Positions 5,105 through 13,696 of a stretch of DNA of 32,000 bases are shown piece after piece. Location of the stretch: contig JAJDBK010000005.1 of assembly GCA_029261405.1 (NCBI GenBank), positions 1-32,000 of the forward strand, read 5' to 3'. This DNA comes from Nitrospinaceae bacterium (GTDB taxonomy: Bacteria > Nitrospinota_A > UBA7883 > JAJDBK01). The stretch's first letter is position 1, and each line of letters starts with the position of its first letter. The notes under the pieces were generated by a model, which was not told the DNA's origin, did not search any database, and saw only the letters and a list, made by a program, of their open reading frames with translations. The translations under genes and the position numbers were made by a program.

Positions 5105-7420
5105 ATGAATAAAGTCGGAATCCGCATTTATCGTGACATGTCGATAAAGTGGAAGATGACCTCGATAATCCTCATCGCCAGCATATCCGTTCTGGCGTTC
5201 TACCTGCTCACGATAGTTCTGTACGAAATAACCAGGTTCAAGGATGAGGTCGCCCATGAACACCTGTTTCAGGCTCAGATAATAGGCGCAAGCAGTGAGG
5301 CGGCCCTGCAGTTCAACGACACTGAACGGGCGCATGAGAACCTGTCGTTTCTGAAGAACCACAAACACATCATCTATTCGGCTATCCTGAAAAACGAGGG
5401 GGATATCTTCGCCGACTACCACAAGCCTGGATCGGAAGATTACACTCCTCACCTTGATATCCCGTTTAACGAGGTGGACAGAACAAAATTAACGAGCGAG
5501 AAAATCTCTCTATTCAGCCCGATTCTCCTTGAAAACGAGGTTATAGGGTGGGTATACATCGAATCGAATCTCGGCGAGTTTTTTGAACGCCTCAAGTGGT
5601 ACACATGGGCCTTGACCGGCATGTTGCTTATCGCCGTCCCCATAGCAATGGTTCTCTCCTATACGCTCCAGAGGTTTATCTCCCTGCCGATCGAAGAGCT
5701 GGCCAAAAAGGCTTTGTATGTTTCCGACAAAAAAGACTACACCATCCGCGCAAGCAAGGTCAGCGATGATGAAATCGGTGTCCTTACCGATAACTTCAAC
5801 GAAATGCTGGCCCAGATCGAGGAGAAGGATACCAAGCTTAAAAACTTCGCTCAACGTCAGGAGGAGTTGGTAGCCAAGCGAACCGCAGAGCTTTTAGAGA
5901 GTGAGGAGAGGTTTCGCCATCTTTCCGAAGCCGCGTTTGAAGGGGTGATTTTGCACCGTTCCGGAAAAATAATAGACGCGAACAAGGCCGCTCTCGATCT
6001 TTTTGGTTACGATTTCCCGGAAATATTAGGAAGAAACCTGCTGGAATTTATCGATAGCGATTATCACCCGCTACTGGTGGAAAAGATGAATACGGATGAG
6101 GATAACCATTTTGAAGTAGAAGGAATAAGAAAAAGCGGAAGACGAATCATCATCGAAGGAAGAGGGACTTCCGGGAAATACAAGGAAGAAAACGTCAGGA
6201 TCGGAACGTTCAGGGACATAACGGAACAGAAAAAAGCGGAACAGGAACGAAAGAATCTGGAAGCTCAGGTGCAACACGCGCAGAAACTAAAGAGCCTTGG
6301 AATCCTAGCCGGCGGTATAGCCCACGACTTCAATAACATTCTCATGGCAATTCTCGGCAACGCGGAGCTTGCCATGCTCGATCTGGAACTCGATTCACCC
6401 GCAATGGAGAGCATAAAGGGGATTGAAACGGCGGCGAAACGGGCGGCGGAACTGAGCCAGCAGATGCTCGCCTATTCCGGCAAGGGAAAATTCATTATTG
6501 AGACAATTGACATTAACACTGTCATAGAGGAGATAGGCCAACTCCTCGATTCGTCCATATCAAAAAAGATCGAGGTAAATTACGAGCTTTCCCCAAATCT
6601 CCCCAGGATAGAGGTGGATGTCACCCAGGTCCGACAGGTAATCATGAACCTTATCACCAACGCTTCTGAAGCCATAGGTGACCAATACGGATCGATAAAT
6701 ATCGCATCTGTTCTGAGAAAGCTCGATATCGACTTCTTCCGTCAGTCCCATATGCGCGAAGAGCTTCCCGAGGGTGTGTATGTCCTCCTTGAAGTGACAG
6801 ACACAGGATCCGGGATGAGCGAGGAGACGCTGGAAAAGCTGTTCGATCCGTTTTATACGACAAAATTCACCGGACGCGGTCTCGGCATGTCAGCGGTACT
6901 CGGTATCGTCCGGGGCCATAAAGGCGCCATCAAGGTCGAAAGCGCCAAAGGAGAAGGCTCGTCGTTCAAGGTCGCATTCCCCTTGGCGGAGAGACCCGTA
7001 AAAAAAGAGACCGCCATTCAGGCAAGAGCCACAACCGCCTGGCAAGGCCAGGGAACCGTTCTCCTGGTGGACGACGAGGAGGTTGTCCGGTCCACCGGCG
7101 CGAAGATGCTCGACCGCCTCGGTTTCTCGGTAATAACGGCGGTTGATGGCGTGGAGGCGCTTTCCGTTTATGGGGAGGCGCCTGAACGGTTCGACTGCGT
7201 TCTGCTCGACCTTACCATGCCTCGAATGGACGGTGTGGAGTGTTTCCACCAACTGCGTAAATTGGACGACAAGGTAAGAATTGTCGTGATAAGCGGATAT
7301 AGCGAAACGGAAGTCACCCGCAAGTTCAAGGGGGAGCGAGTTCCCAATTTTATTCTAAAACCGTTCCAGATGTCCGATCTTAAGGAACGGATGCAAGACG
7401 CCATGCGAAAAAGCCTGTAA
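5105..7420 (+). CDS. Hybrid sensor histidine kinase/response regulator (2 TM + extracytoplasmic domain, HAMP, PAS, HisKA, HATPase_c, REC)
   Basis: 771 aa. TM1 is near aa 18-40 and TM2 near aa 166-188, flanking a ~125-aa extracytoplasmic domain. A HAMP-like linker and a PAS region (SEERFRHLSEAAFEGVILH) follow. The H-box is GGIAHDFNNILMAILGNAELA. N/G boxes are NLITNASEA, DTGSGM and GRGLGMS. The C-terminal receiver has LLVDDEE, LLDLTMPRMDG and KP. The exact start is uncertain because no clear SD precedes 5105. Confidence 0.9.
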   Translation: MNKVGIRIYRDMSIKWKMTSIILIASISVLAFYLLTIVLYEITRFKDEVAHEHLFQAQIIGASSEAALQFNDTERAHENLSFLKNHKHIIYSAILKNEGDIFADYHKPGSEDYTPHLDIPFNEVDRTKLTSEKISLFSPILLENEVIGWVYIESNLGEFFERLKWYTWALTGMLLIAVPIAMVLSYTLQRFISLPIEELAKKALYVSDKKDYTIRASKVSDDEIGVLTDNFNEMLAQIEEKDTKLKNFAQRQEELVAKRTAELLESEERFRHLSEAAFEGVILHRSGKIIDANKAALDLFGYDFPEILGRNLLEFIDSDYHPLLVEKMNTDEDNHFEVEGIRKSGRRIIIEGRGTSGKYKEENVRIGTFRDITEQKKAEQERKNLEAQVQHAQKLKSLGILAGGIAHDFNNILMAILGNAELAMLDLELDSPAMESIKGIETAAKRAAELSQQMLAYSGKGKFIIETIDINTVIEEIGQLLDSSISKKIEVNYELSPNLPRIEVDVTQVRQVIMNLITNASEAIGDQYGSINIASVLRKLDIDFFRQSHMREELPEGVYVLLEVTDTGSGMSEETLEKLFDPFYTTKFTGRGLGMSAVLGIVRGHKGAIKVESAKGEGSSFKVAFPLAERPVKKETAIQARATTAWQGQGTVLLVDDEEVVRSTGAKMLDRLGFSVITAVDGVEALSVYGEAPERFDCVLLDLTMPRMDGVECFHQLRKLDDKVRIVVISGYSETEVTRKFKGERVPNFILKPFQMSDLKERMQDAMRKSL

Positions 7421-7425
7421 AAACT

Positions 7426-7983
7426 ATGAATCAACAGGGAAAGCTCTTTGCTACGGGCCTGATGACGGCGTTGCTTTGTCTCTCCTCAGTTCTGTTACCT
7501 AACGACCTGTTCGCAAAAAATTACGCAAAGTCTGAATACGCTATCAAGGCGGCGTTTATATACAACTTCACGAAGTTCATCAAGTGGCCCAAATCGGTCT
7601 TCCATGGCAAATCGACACCCTTTGCGGTCTGCGTTGTCGGAGAGGATCCTTTCGGCGATTCGATAAACTCTCTTCTGAAGGTGAAATCACAAGGACGCTC
7701 ATTCGAGATCAGGCGGCGGGAGAAAACAGAGGATTTAACCGGTTGCCACATCCTGTTTATCAGCTCTTCTGAAACCAAAAGCGTGCGAAACATTCTTGAA
7801 GCGATAAGGGGGAGTGGCGCTCTGACCATCGGTGACACCCCGATGTTCGCCCGCAGTGGAGTGATGATAAATTTTTATATGAGTGAGGGGAAGATCAGGC
7901 TGGAGATCAATCTGGAGGCGATTACAAAAGAAAAGATCGACATCAGCTCCAAGATGTTGGGTCTTGCAAGGATAGTGGAGTAA
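7426..7983 (+). CDS. YfiR-like periplasmic protein (DUF4154 family)
   Basis: 185 aa with a signal peptide (MNQQGKLFATGLMTALLCLSSVLLPNDLFA). The family-typical block is EYAIKAAFIYNFTKFIKWP. It begins 5 nt after the kinase stop. Confidence 0.7.
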   Translation: MNQQGKLFATGLMTALLCLSSVLLPNDLFAKNYAKSEYAIKAAFIYNFTKFIKWPKSVFHGKSTPFAVCVVGEDPFGDSINSLLKVKSQGRSFEIRRREKTEDLTGCHILFISSSETKSVRNILEAIRGSGALTIGDTPMFARSGVMINFYMSEGKIRLEINLEAITKEKIDISSKMLGLARIVE

Positions 7984-7989
7984 AGATCG

Positions 7990-9489
7990 TTACTTTCTCA
8001 GGCCACCATATCCGTCGGCGCGCCACACTATAAATCTTCGAACCTCTTTGCCACCCCGGAATATCGGTATCTCTTTGATAGCCTCTGTTTCGGTAAATGT
8101 GTAAAGCGTGTCAGGCGGTTCCTTAAATCTTGTGTCGGAGACAAAAATGGCTGTCTTTCCCATTAGCGATTGTTCATCGTCCCAGAAATCGAACTGATCC
8201 GCCCTTCCGTTGATACAGGAGACAGGTACGGTGTCTTTTGTTGCGAACATTATCTGGGAACACATTACCCAGTGCTGGGCCAGGGCGAACGATTCGACTC
8301 CATTCTTTTCAAGTTTTTCATATTCCGCTTTTACCACATTTCCGACTTCATCCCAACCCTTAAGTTCGTTGACGATATCGTACTTCGGCTTGATCGGGAG
8401 GATTGGATAGAAGACATGGATATAGAAAAGCAGAAAGGTAAAACCTGCGAGGAGAGTGGCGGCGACAGCTGTCTTTTGGAAGCGGGCAAAGCGCTTTGGT
8501 TCAAACCGGTAATAGCCCTCCACTAAAAGCGATACTGTGGTGACGATGGCGGTAAGGTAACCGAAGGCTGGCCAGTGCGGTTCCGACTCGTTGGTCCAGG
8601 CGCAGGCTATGTAGAAAAAAAGAAGGGTTGGCAAGGAAAAAGCTGTGAGGAGCGCGTATCTCCTCTCCCCTTCCACAGCGCGTCCTGCGCCTCTGTAGAC
8701 TCCCCATAACAACAGACCGAGGTAGATCGGTGATACATAGAGCAGTTGCCCCCCCACAAGCTGGCCGAAGTTTTTCCAGCCGAACGCAGTCCCCTGATGA
8801 CGATCCATCAGGTGAAACCTGAAACTTGGCCAGTCGTTTTCTATATTCCATATAAAGACCGGAGAGAAGATCAGAAGGGCTACGACACCCATCAGGTACG
8901 GCTCAGGACGTTTGAACCATTTCTGGTATTCGGGAACCAGCGCCACCAGCAATACGGCTGACGGTACCAGCAGGATGGCGAAATATTTGCCGAGAGCTCC
9001 GATTCCGAGGAGAACTCCCAGAATAAGCCACAACCATCCGGGACCATCGTTTACGAGCAGGCGGTTGATGACAAGAACGAAACCGAGGTAACAGATAGCC
9101 GATGGAATGTCTGGAGTCATCTGCAACGCTCCGATCCCGAAAATCGGTATCAGATTAAAGGTCAGTAACGAATAGAAGGCTATTCTGGCGTCGTCGAAAA
9201 GGTCGATAGAAAGGCGGTAGATCAGCCATCCCATGAGCATAAACAGGATGAGTGAGGGTAACCTGAGAAAAAATGTGGTATCCCCGCCGAGGTCTGTGGA
9301 TAGTTTGATAAGCCACGCAACCATCGGGGGGTGATCGTAGTACGCCAGGTCGAGACGCTGTGACCAGGCCCAGTAATAACTCTCCGAGTCACCCGGGCCG
9401 GTAAGCCCCATTACCACCATCCTGAAGAGACCAAATCCGAGGATCAGCCATGCGCAACCCGTTACATATCTATCGTCGGTTCTCATCAA
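7990..9489 (-). CDS. GT39/ArnT-like polyprenyl-phosphate-dependent glycosyltransferase (PMT_2 family), polytopic membrane protein
   Basis: 499 aa with about 11-12 TM segments. The N-terminal loop motif is GDSESYYWAWSQRLDLAYYDHPPMVAWLI, typical of the ArnT/PMT_2 family. A soluble domain of ~130 aa lies at the C-terminus. ATG 9486 overlaps the lpxI TGA by 1 nt (TGATG). Confidence 0.75.
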   Translation of the reverse strand: MMRTDDRYVTGCAWLILGFGLFRMVVMGLTGPGDSESYYWAWSQRLDLAYYDHPPMVAWLIKLSTDLGGDTTFFLRLPSLILFMLMGWLIYRLSIDLFDDARIAFYSLLTFNLIPIFGIGALQMTPDIPSAICYLGFVLVINRLLVNDGPGWLWLILGVLLGIGALGKYFAILLVPSAVLLVALVPEYQKWFKRPEPYLMGVVALLIFSPVFIWNIENDWPSFRFHLMDRHQGTAFGWKNFGQLVGGQLLYVSPIYLGLLLWGVYRGAGRAVEGERRYALLTAFSLPTLLFFYIACAWTNESEPHWPAFGYLTAIVTTVSLLVEGYYRFEPKRFARFQKTAVAATLLAGFTFLLFYIHVFYPILPIKPKYDIVNELKGWDEVGNVVKAEYEKLEKNGVESFALAQHWVMCSQIMFATKDTVPVSCINGRADQFDFWDDEQSLMGKTAIFVSDTRFKEPPDTLYTFTETEAIKEIPIFRGGKEVRRFIVWRADGYGGLRK

Positions 9490-10313
9490 GAGATACCCAC
9501 ACTTACAAAGGCGATATCTGAACTGTCACAGGCGGCGCTCACTTTATCCATTCCAACAACCAGAGTTGAGTGCGCCTCTATGGCCAGAAGCGAACAATTT
9601 GACTTTTTCATGACTTCAATAGTGGAAGTCCCCACAGCCGGGACATCGAACCTTGGGTCCTGATTCGGTTTACACACCTTGCAGACTATTGCGCCTTTTC
9701 CGCCGATGGCGCCACCCCTTTCAACGGTTTCATCCGTGCCTTCGATAGCCTCCACCGCCATAACCGCGCTATCTTTCACAACCACGGTCTGACCGATATC
9801 GAGACCAGCTATTCCCTTGGCCATCTTCATGCCAAATTTTATATCCTCCCACTCCTTTGCCGAAGGCTTCCGTTTGGAAAAAACACCTTCACCCGGCAGA
9901 AGGTTTTTAAGGAGTTTCGTCTGGTCGGCGATAATAAAACCTTCCTTCTCAAGCTCGCCCACAATGGCCAACATAATCGAATCGTCGTTCCTGGCATTGA
10001 GGCGTTTTAGTATGGAGATAGCTCTCAGGTCGAACTTCGGGTTTTTCAGGAGAACTCTCTTGTCCACCTTGCCGATGAATGAAACCTCCCGAACCCCCTC
10101 TTTTTTAAGGGTATCGATAATTTTTCCAGCCTGAGCCAGACCGAGCAGAAATGTCTTGTCCGCCACTTGGCTCATGATTTCGTTGGTTGCCTGATCGAAG
10201 GTCACTGCAACAACGGTTGCGCCAATGGCTTTCGCTTCCTTGGCGAGCAGGGGAGCGATTTCGCCCGCCCCGGCGATTATTCCGAGGGGCGCAATGGAGG
10301 AGCCGGGCATCAA
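9486..10313 (-). CDS. lpxI: UDP-2,3-diacylglucosamine pyrophosphatase LpxI (DUF1009 family)
   Basis: 275 aa. The N-terminus LGIIAGAGEIAPLLAKEAK and the C-terminal blocks GLDIGQTVVVKD, AVEAIEGTDETVERGG and KPNQDPRFDVPAVG are LpxI-like. Its position in an lpxD-fabZ-lpxA cluster supports the call. ATG at 10310. Confidence 0.8.
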   Translation of the reverse strand: MMPGSSIAPLGIIAGAGEIAPLLAKEAKAIGATVVAVTFDQATNEIMSQVADKTFLLGLAQAGKIIDTLKKEGVREVSFIGKVDKRVLLKNPKFDLRAISILKRLNARNDDSIMLAIVGELEKEGFIIADQTKLLKNLLPGEGVFSKRKPSAKEWEDIKFGMKMAKGIAGLDIGQTVVVKDSAVMAVEAIEGTDETVERGGAIGGKGAIVCKVCKPNQDPRFDVPAVGTSTIEVMKKSNCSLLAIEAHSTLVVGMDKVSAACDSSDIAFVSVGIS

Positions 10314-10320
10314 GATTTGG

Positions 10321-11301
10321 TTATGCGTGAGCCGGAACAGCCTTCGATAGCCTCAGCTTCTCGAGAACCTGCAGGGCCACCTTGAGCGATTTGAGTTCGC
10401 TCTCTACTGATGTATGACGTTTGGCGCCGTTGGAAGCGCAGTCGATTAGATGCCGCAGTTCAAGTTTTAACGGATTTTCCCTATGAACGAAGATACGCTC
10501 GATAAGCGCCTCCTGCCGATACCGTAATTCCTTGCGGGTCAGTTCGGCCTGGGAGGATACCCTGCGATGCACCAGAATGTCCTGTTGTGTGTAATCGAGA
10601 AAGACATACTCTTCCTCCTGGGTAACAGCCATGGTCCTGATCTTTTCCTGAGTTGCTCTTGACGCCAGAATATTGGCTATACACCCGTTTTTGAACTTGA
10701 GCTGAACGTTTACCACATCGTCCTTGTCTGTAAAGACCGAAGCGCCCATGACGTTCATCTCCGCGACGGGAGAATCGACGAGGTTTAAAATTATGTCGAT
10801 ATCGTGGATCATCATATCGAGGACCACACCATCACCCTGAATCCTCGAATCGTATGGACCCATTCTGCGCGACTCGATACAGATCGGGTTGTTGACTACA
10901 TTTTTCAGCTCCTGGACGGCGCCGTTGAATCTCTCCACATGTCCCACATGCAGAGCCAGATCGTTTTTCTCAGCGATAGCAAAAAGCTCTTCCGCCTTTG
11001 CCAGGTTGTTATAGATCGGTTTTTCAACAAGGCAGTTGATTCCTGCTTCCAAGCAGTCGCGAGCAACCTCGTAATGTTGCGCCGTGGGCACCGCCACCGA
11101 TACGATATCAGCTTTTCCGATAAGGTCGTTGTGGTGAGGGTAGAAGTCGGTTCTGTATTTAGCGGCGATGGCCATGCCTCGCTCACGGTCGGTATCCACT
11201 ACTCCGACGATATTGACATCTGTCATCTCAGAGTAGGCGCCTACATGGTATTGGCCCATACGTCCAACACCCACAACAGCGGCGTTTATTGTCTTATGCA
11301 T
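10321..11301 (-). CDS. Gfo/Idh/MocA-family NAD(P)-dependent oxidoreductase
   Basis: 326 aa with an N-terminal Rossmann fold (INAAVVGVGRMGQYHVGAY) and a central EKP motif (CLVEKPI). It lies between lpxA and lpxI. The specific substrate cannot be determined from sequence. Confidence 0.8.
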   Translation of the reverse strand: MHKTINAAVVGVGRMGQYHVGAYSEMTDVNIVGVVDTDRERGMAIAAKYRTDFYPHHNDLIGKADIVSVAVPTAQHYEVARDCLEAGINCLVEKPIYNNLAKAEELFAIAEKNDLALHVGHVERFNGAVQELKNVVNNPICIESRRMGPYDSRIQGDGVVLDMMIHDIDIILNLVDSPVAEMNVMGASVFTDKDDVVNVQLKFKNGCIANILASRATQEKIRTMAVTQEEEYVFLDYTQQDILVHRRVSSQAELTRKELRYRQEALIERIFVHRENPLKLELRHLIDCASNGAKRHTSVESELKSLKVALQVLEKLRLSKAVPAHA

Positions 11302-11452
11302 ATTATTTACACGCCCCTTCCGATAAGCGCAAGGAGTTGTCTGTTTTAGAATTTAAAACGTCGCCGGTACCTGCGGCGTAACGTAACATGACTATATACC
11401 CATTCAGAAAAAAGAGAAAGAGCAAACGGAAGACACCTTCATATTCAAATAG

Positions 11453-12232
11453 TTACAGCGTCAAACCACGTTTTGAGCAGGCGATAAAATCGAGCAGGGT
11501 TTTTGCGTGGCCCGTCGCGCCGAGCTGGGTCTCAATCTCCTTTACAGCGTCAGGCAAGGTAGGTTTCGGCTCTTTTTTTGTCAATATCCGGTAGGCCTTT
11601 CGCAGGAGAAGCCGTTCGGCAGGCGCCACTCCCCTCTTTTTAAGCGCAAATGCGTTAAGCCCATGCGCCTTGGCGGGGGAACCGACCACCATAAAATATG
11701 GCGGTACATCCTGCACTAACCGTGTCATTCCGCCTACCATAGCCATTGTCCCGACCCTTACATGCTGATGAATACCGGCGGCCCCTCCTATCACAGCGAA
11801 ATCGTCCGCCGTAACATGGCCTGACAAACCGGCCAAAGTCGTTACCGTAACCTCATTACCCAGCTTGCAGTCGTGTCCCACATGGACCTGCGCCATGATA
11901 TAACACCGCTCACCTGTCGTGGTGGCGCCGCCTTCGCGCATCGACCTGTGTACAACGCTCAGTTCATTTACAACGGTTCCTGCGCCAAGTTCAACGAATG
12001 AATCGACCGGCCTCCAGTCGTATATCTGCGGATCACCCCCAATGAGGGAGTTATCACCGATTACACACCCTTCTCCCATCTTCGTATAACGAACACCGGC
12101 TCTTGCGCCAATGTAGCAGTTATCCCCGATGGTGACGCCTGGCCCAACGGTGGAGTAGGCGCCTATCGACACGTCTTCACCTATGGTGGCGCTCTGGTCG
12201 ATAATGGCTGTTTTATGGATAAGGGAAGGCAT
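11453..12232 (-). CDS. lpxA: Acyl-ACP--UDP-N-acetylglucosamine O-acyltransferase LpxA
   Basis: 259 aa. Left-handed beta-helix hexapeptide repeats start at IHKTAIIDQSATIGEDVSIGAYSTVGPGVTIGDNC. The catalytic-region block is HVGHDCKLG. A helical C-terminal domain follows. It sits directly downstream of fabZ. Confidence 0.9.
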   Translation of the reverse strand: MPSLIHKTAIIDQSATIGEDVSIGAYSTVGPGVTIGDNCYIGARAGVRYTKMGEGCVIGDNSLIGGDPQIYDWRPVDSFVELGAGTVVNELSVVHRSMREGGATTTGERCYIMAQVHVGHDCKLGNEVTVTTLAGLSGHVTADDFAVIGGAAGIHQHVRVGTMAMVGGMTRLVQDVPPYFMVVGSPAKAHGLNAFALKKRGVAPAERLLLRKAYRILTKKEPKPTLPDAVKEIETQLGATGHAKTLLDFIACSKRGLTL

Positions 12233-12244
12233 TGAAAAATCCGC

Positions 12245-12676
12245 TCAGGAAGCCACCATGGCTGTCAGATCGGCGGTACAATTTACCACCCCGCCCACAT
12301 CTGAAGTGGCTTTAACCTTCCACATCCTTCTCTTGGCGCTTACGACGTCAATTTTCATCGTAATAACATCTCCCGGAATGACCGGTTTTTTGAATCTGGC
12401 GTTATCTATGGCGGCAAAGTAGATAACCTTCCCCTGATCTTTCTCGCTGGAATAAGTCGCCAGAATAGCCGCAAGCTGGGCCATCGCCTCTATAATCAGG
12501 ACTCCCGGCATTATCGGCTGTTCAGGGAAATGTCCAGCGAAAAAACTCTCCGAACCGGTAATGCACTTCGTGCCGCGAATATGTTTAAACGCTTCAATCT
12601 CAATAACCCGGTCCACCAGAAGAAAAGGATGCCGGTGTGGAATATATTTGTACAGTTCATGATGCTCGATCACCAT
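12245..12676 (-). CDS. fabZ: 3-hydroxyacyl-ACP dehydratase FabZ
   Basis: 143 aa with the hallmark blocks IPHRHPFLLVDRV and GHFPEQPIMPGVLIIEAMAQ. Confidence 0.95.
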   Translation of the reverse strand: MVIEHHELYKYIPHRHPFLLVDRVIEIEAFKHIRGTKCITGSESFFAGHFPEQPIMPGVLIIEAMAQLAAILATYSSEKDQGKVIYFAAIDNARFKKPVIPGDVITMKIDVVSAKRRMWKVKATSDVGGVVNCTADLTAMVAS

Positions 12677-12682
12677 CAGGTT

Positions 12683-13696
12683 TTACTCCCTCTCCTTTTC
12701 AAGTTCTTTTATTCTTTTCGACAGACTCTCGACTTTCTTGCCAAGAAGCAAGAACCGCTTGAAATCCATATGTTTCATCACCATCGGCCCGGAGTAGTAT
12801 CCCGGTTCAGTGAGGCTTTTGTGGACTCCCGTATGACCCACGATTGTCACGCCGGAGCAGAGAGTGACATTATCGACCACCCCCACCAAGCCGGCTATGG
12901 TTACATTATTCTTGAGGGTGACAGAGCCACTTAAACCACTGCACCCCGCCATGATGCAATCCTCGCCCACATCGCAGTTATGCCCGATATGGACCTGGTT
13001 GTCGAGTTTTGTTCCCCGCCTTATAATTGTCACTCCGAGGGTACCCCTGTCGATACTGGAATTGGCGCCGATCTCTACATCCTCATCAATTCGAACGGAT
13101 CCGGTGTGGGGTATCTTGAATTTAGTACCATCCTCAAGCCACGCGTAACCGAACCCGTCCGATCCGATGGTGGTGTTGGCGTGTATTATCGTCCTGGCGC
13201 CGATGGTTGTTCCGTCGTATAGCGCGACGTTTTCGTACAGAACAGACTTCTCCGCAATCACACAGTTGGCGCCGATCTTCACGCCTGCGCGGATGATGGC
13301 GCCATCGCCGATTACACTGCCTTCGTCGATGAAGACATGCGGACCCACATGGACCCCTTTGCCCACCGAAACGCTTTCATCTATTACGGCTGTCTCATGA
13401 ATTTTTTCGGTCAGTTTTCGACCGGGGATCAGGTAGCCAAGGGCTTTGGCGAAGACATAGCGGGGATTATCTGTGACGATGGAGGGACGATCCACAACCG
13501 TACCATTCGGGACGATCAGGGCGCCCGCCTTCGATTCCCCGATTCCCCCGACCGCTTTTCTGTCCGCCACAAAAGCGATCTGGTCACCTGTCGCCTCGTG
13601 AAGAGGGGCAACACCTGTCAGTTGAACGTCTCCGCCCTCAACTTTCTCTCCGATGGCGACAGCCAGAGCGGATAACGAACAGGTTCTATTTGCCAC
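12683..13696 (-). CDS. lpxD: UDP-3-O-(3-hydroxyacyl)glucosamine N-acyltransferase LpxD
   Basis: 337 aa. An N-terminal uridine-binding domain is followed by an extended hexapeptide-repeat beta-helix (HIGHNCDVGEDC) and a C-terminal helix. The GTG start at 13696 overlaps the skp 3' end by 11 nt. Confidence 0.9.
   Translation of the reverse strand: MANRTCSLSALAVAIGEKVEGGDVQLTGVAPLHEATGDQIAFVADRKAVGGIGESKAGALIVPNGTVVDRPSIVTDNPRYVFAKALGYLIPGRKLTEKIHETAVIDESVSVGKGVHVGPHVFIDEGSVIGDGAIIRAGVKIGANCVIAEKSVLYENVALYDGTTIGARTIIHANTTIGSDGFGYAWLEDGTKFKIPHTGSVRIDEDVEIGANSSIDRGTLGVTIIRRGTKLDNQVHIGHNCDVGEDCIMAGCSGLSGSVTLKNNVTIAGLVGVVDNVTLCSGVTIVGHTGVHKSLTEPGYYSGPMVMKHMDFKRFLLLGKKVESLSKRIKELEKERE

Noticed and set aside
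5030-5452. 140-aa minus-strand ORF spanning the kinase start region
   Set aside because: It overlaps the kinase N-terminal TM and sensor coding region in antisense. It has no motifs and no SD. The kinase frame is continuous and domain-complete.
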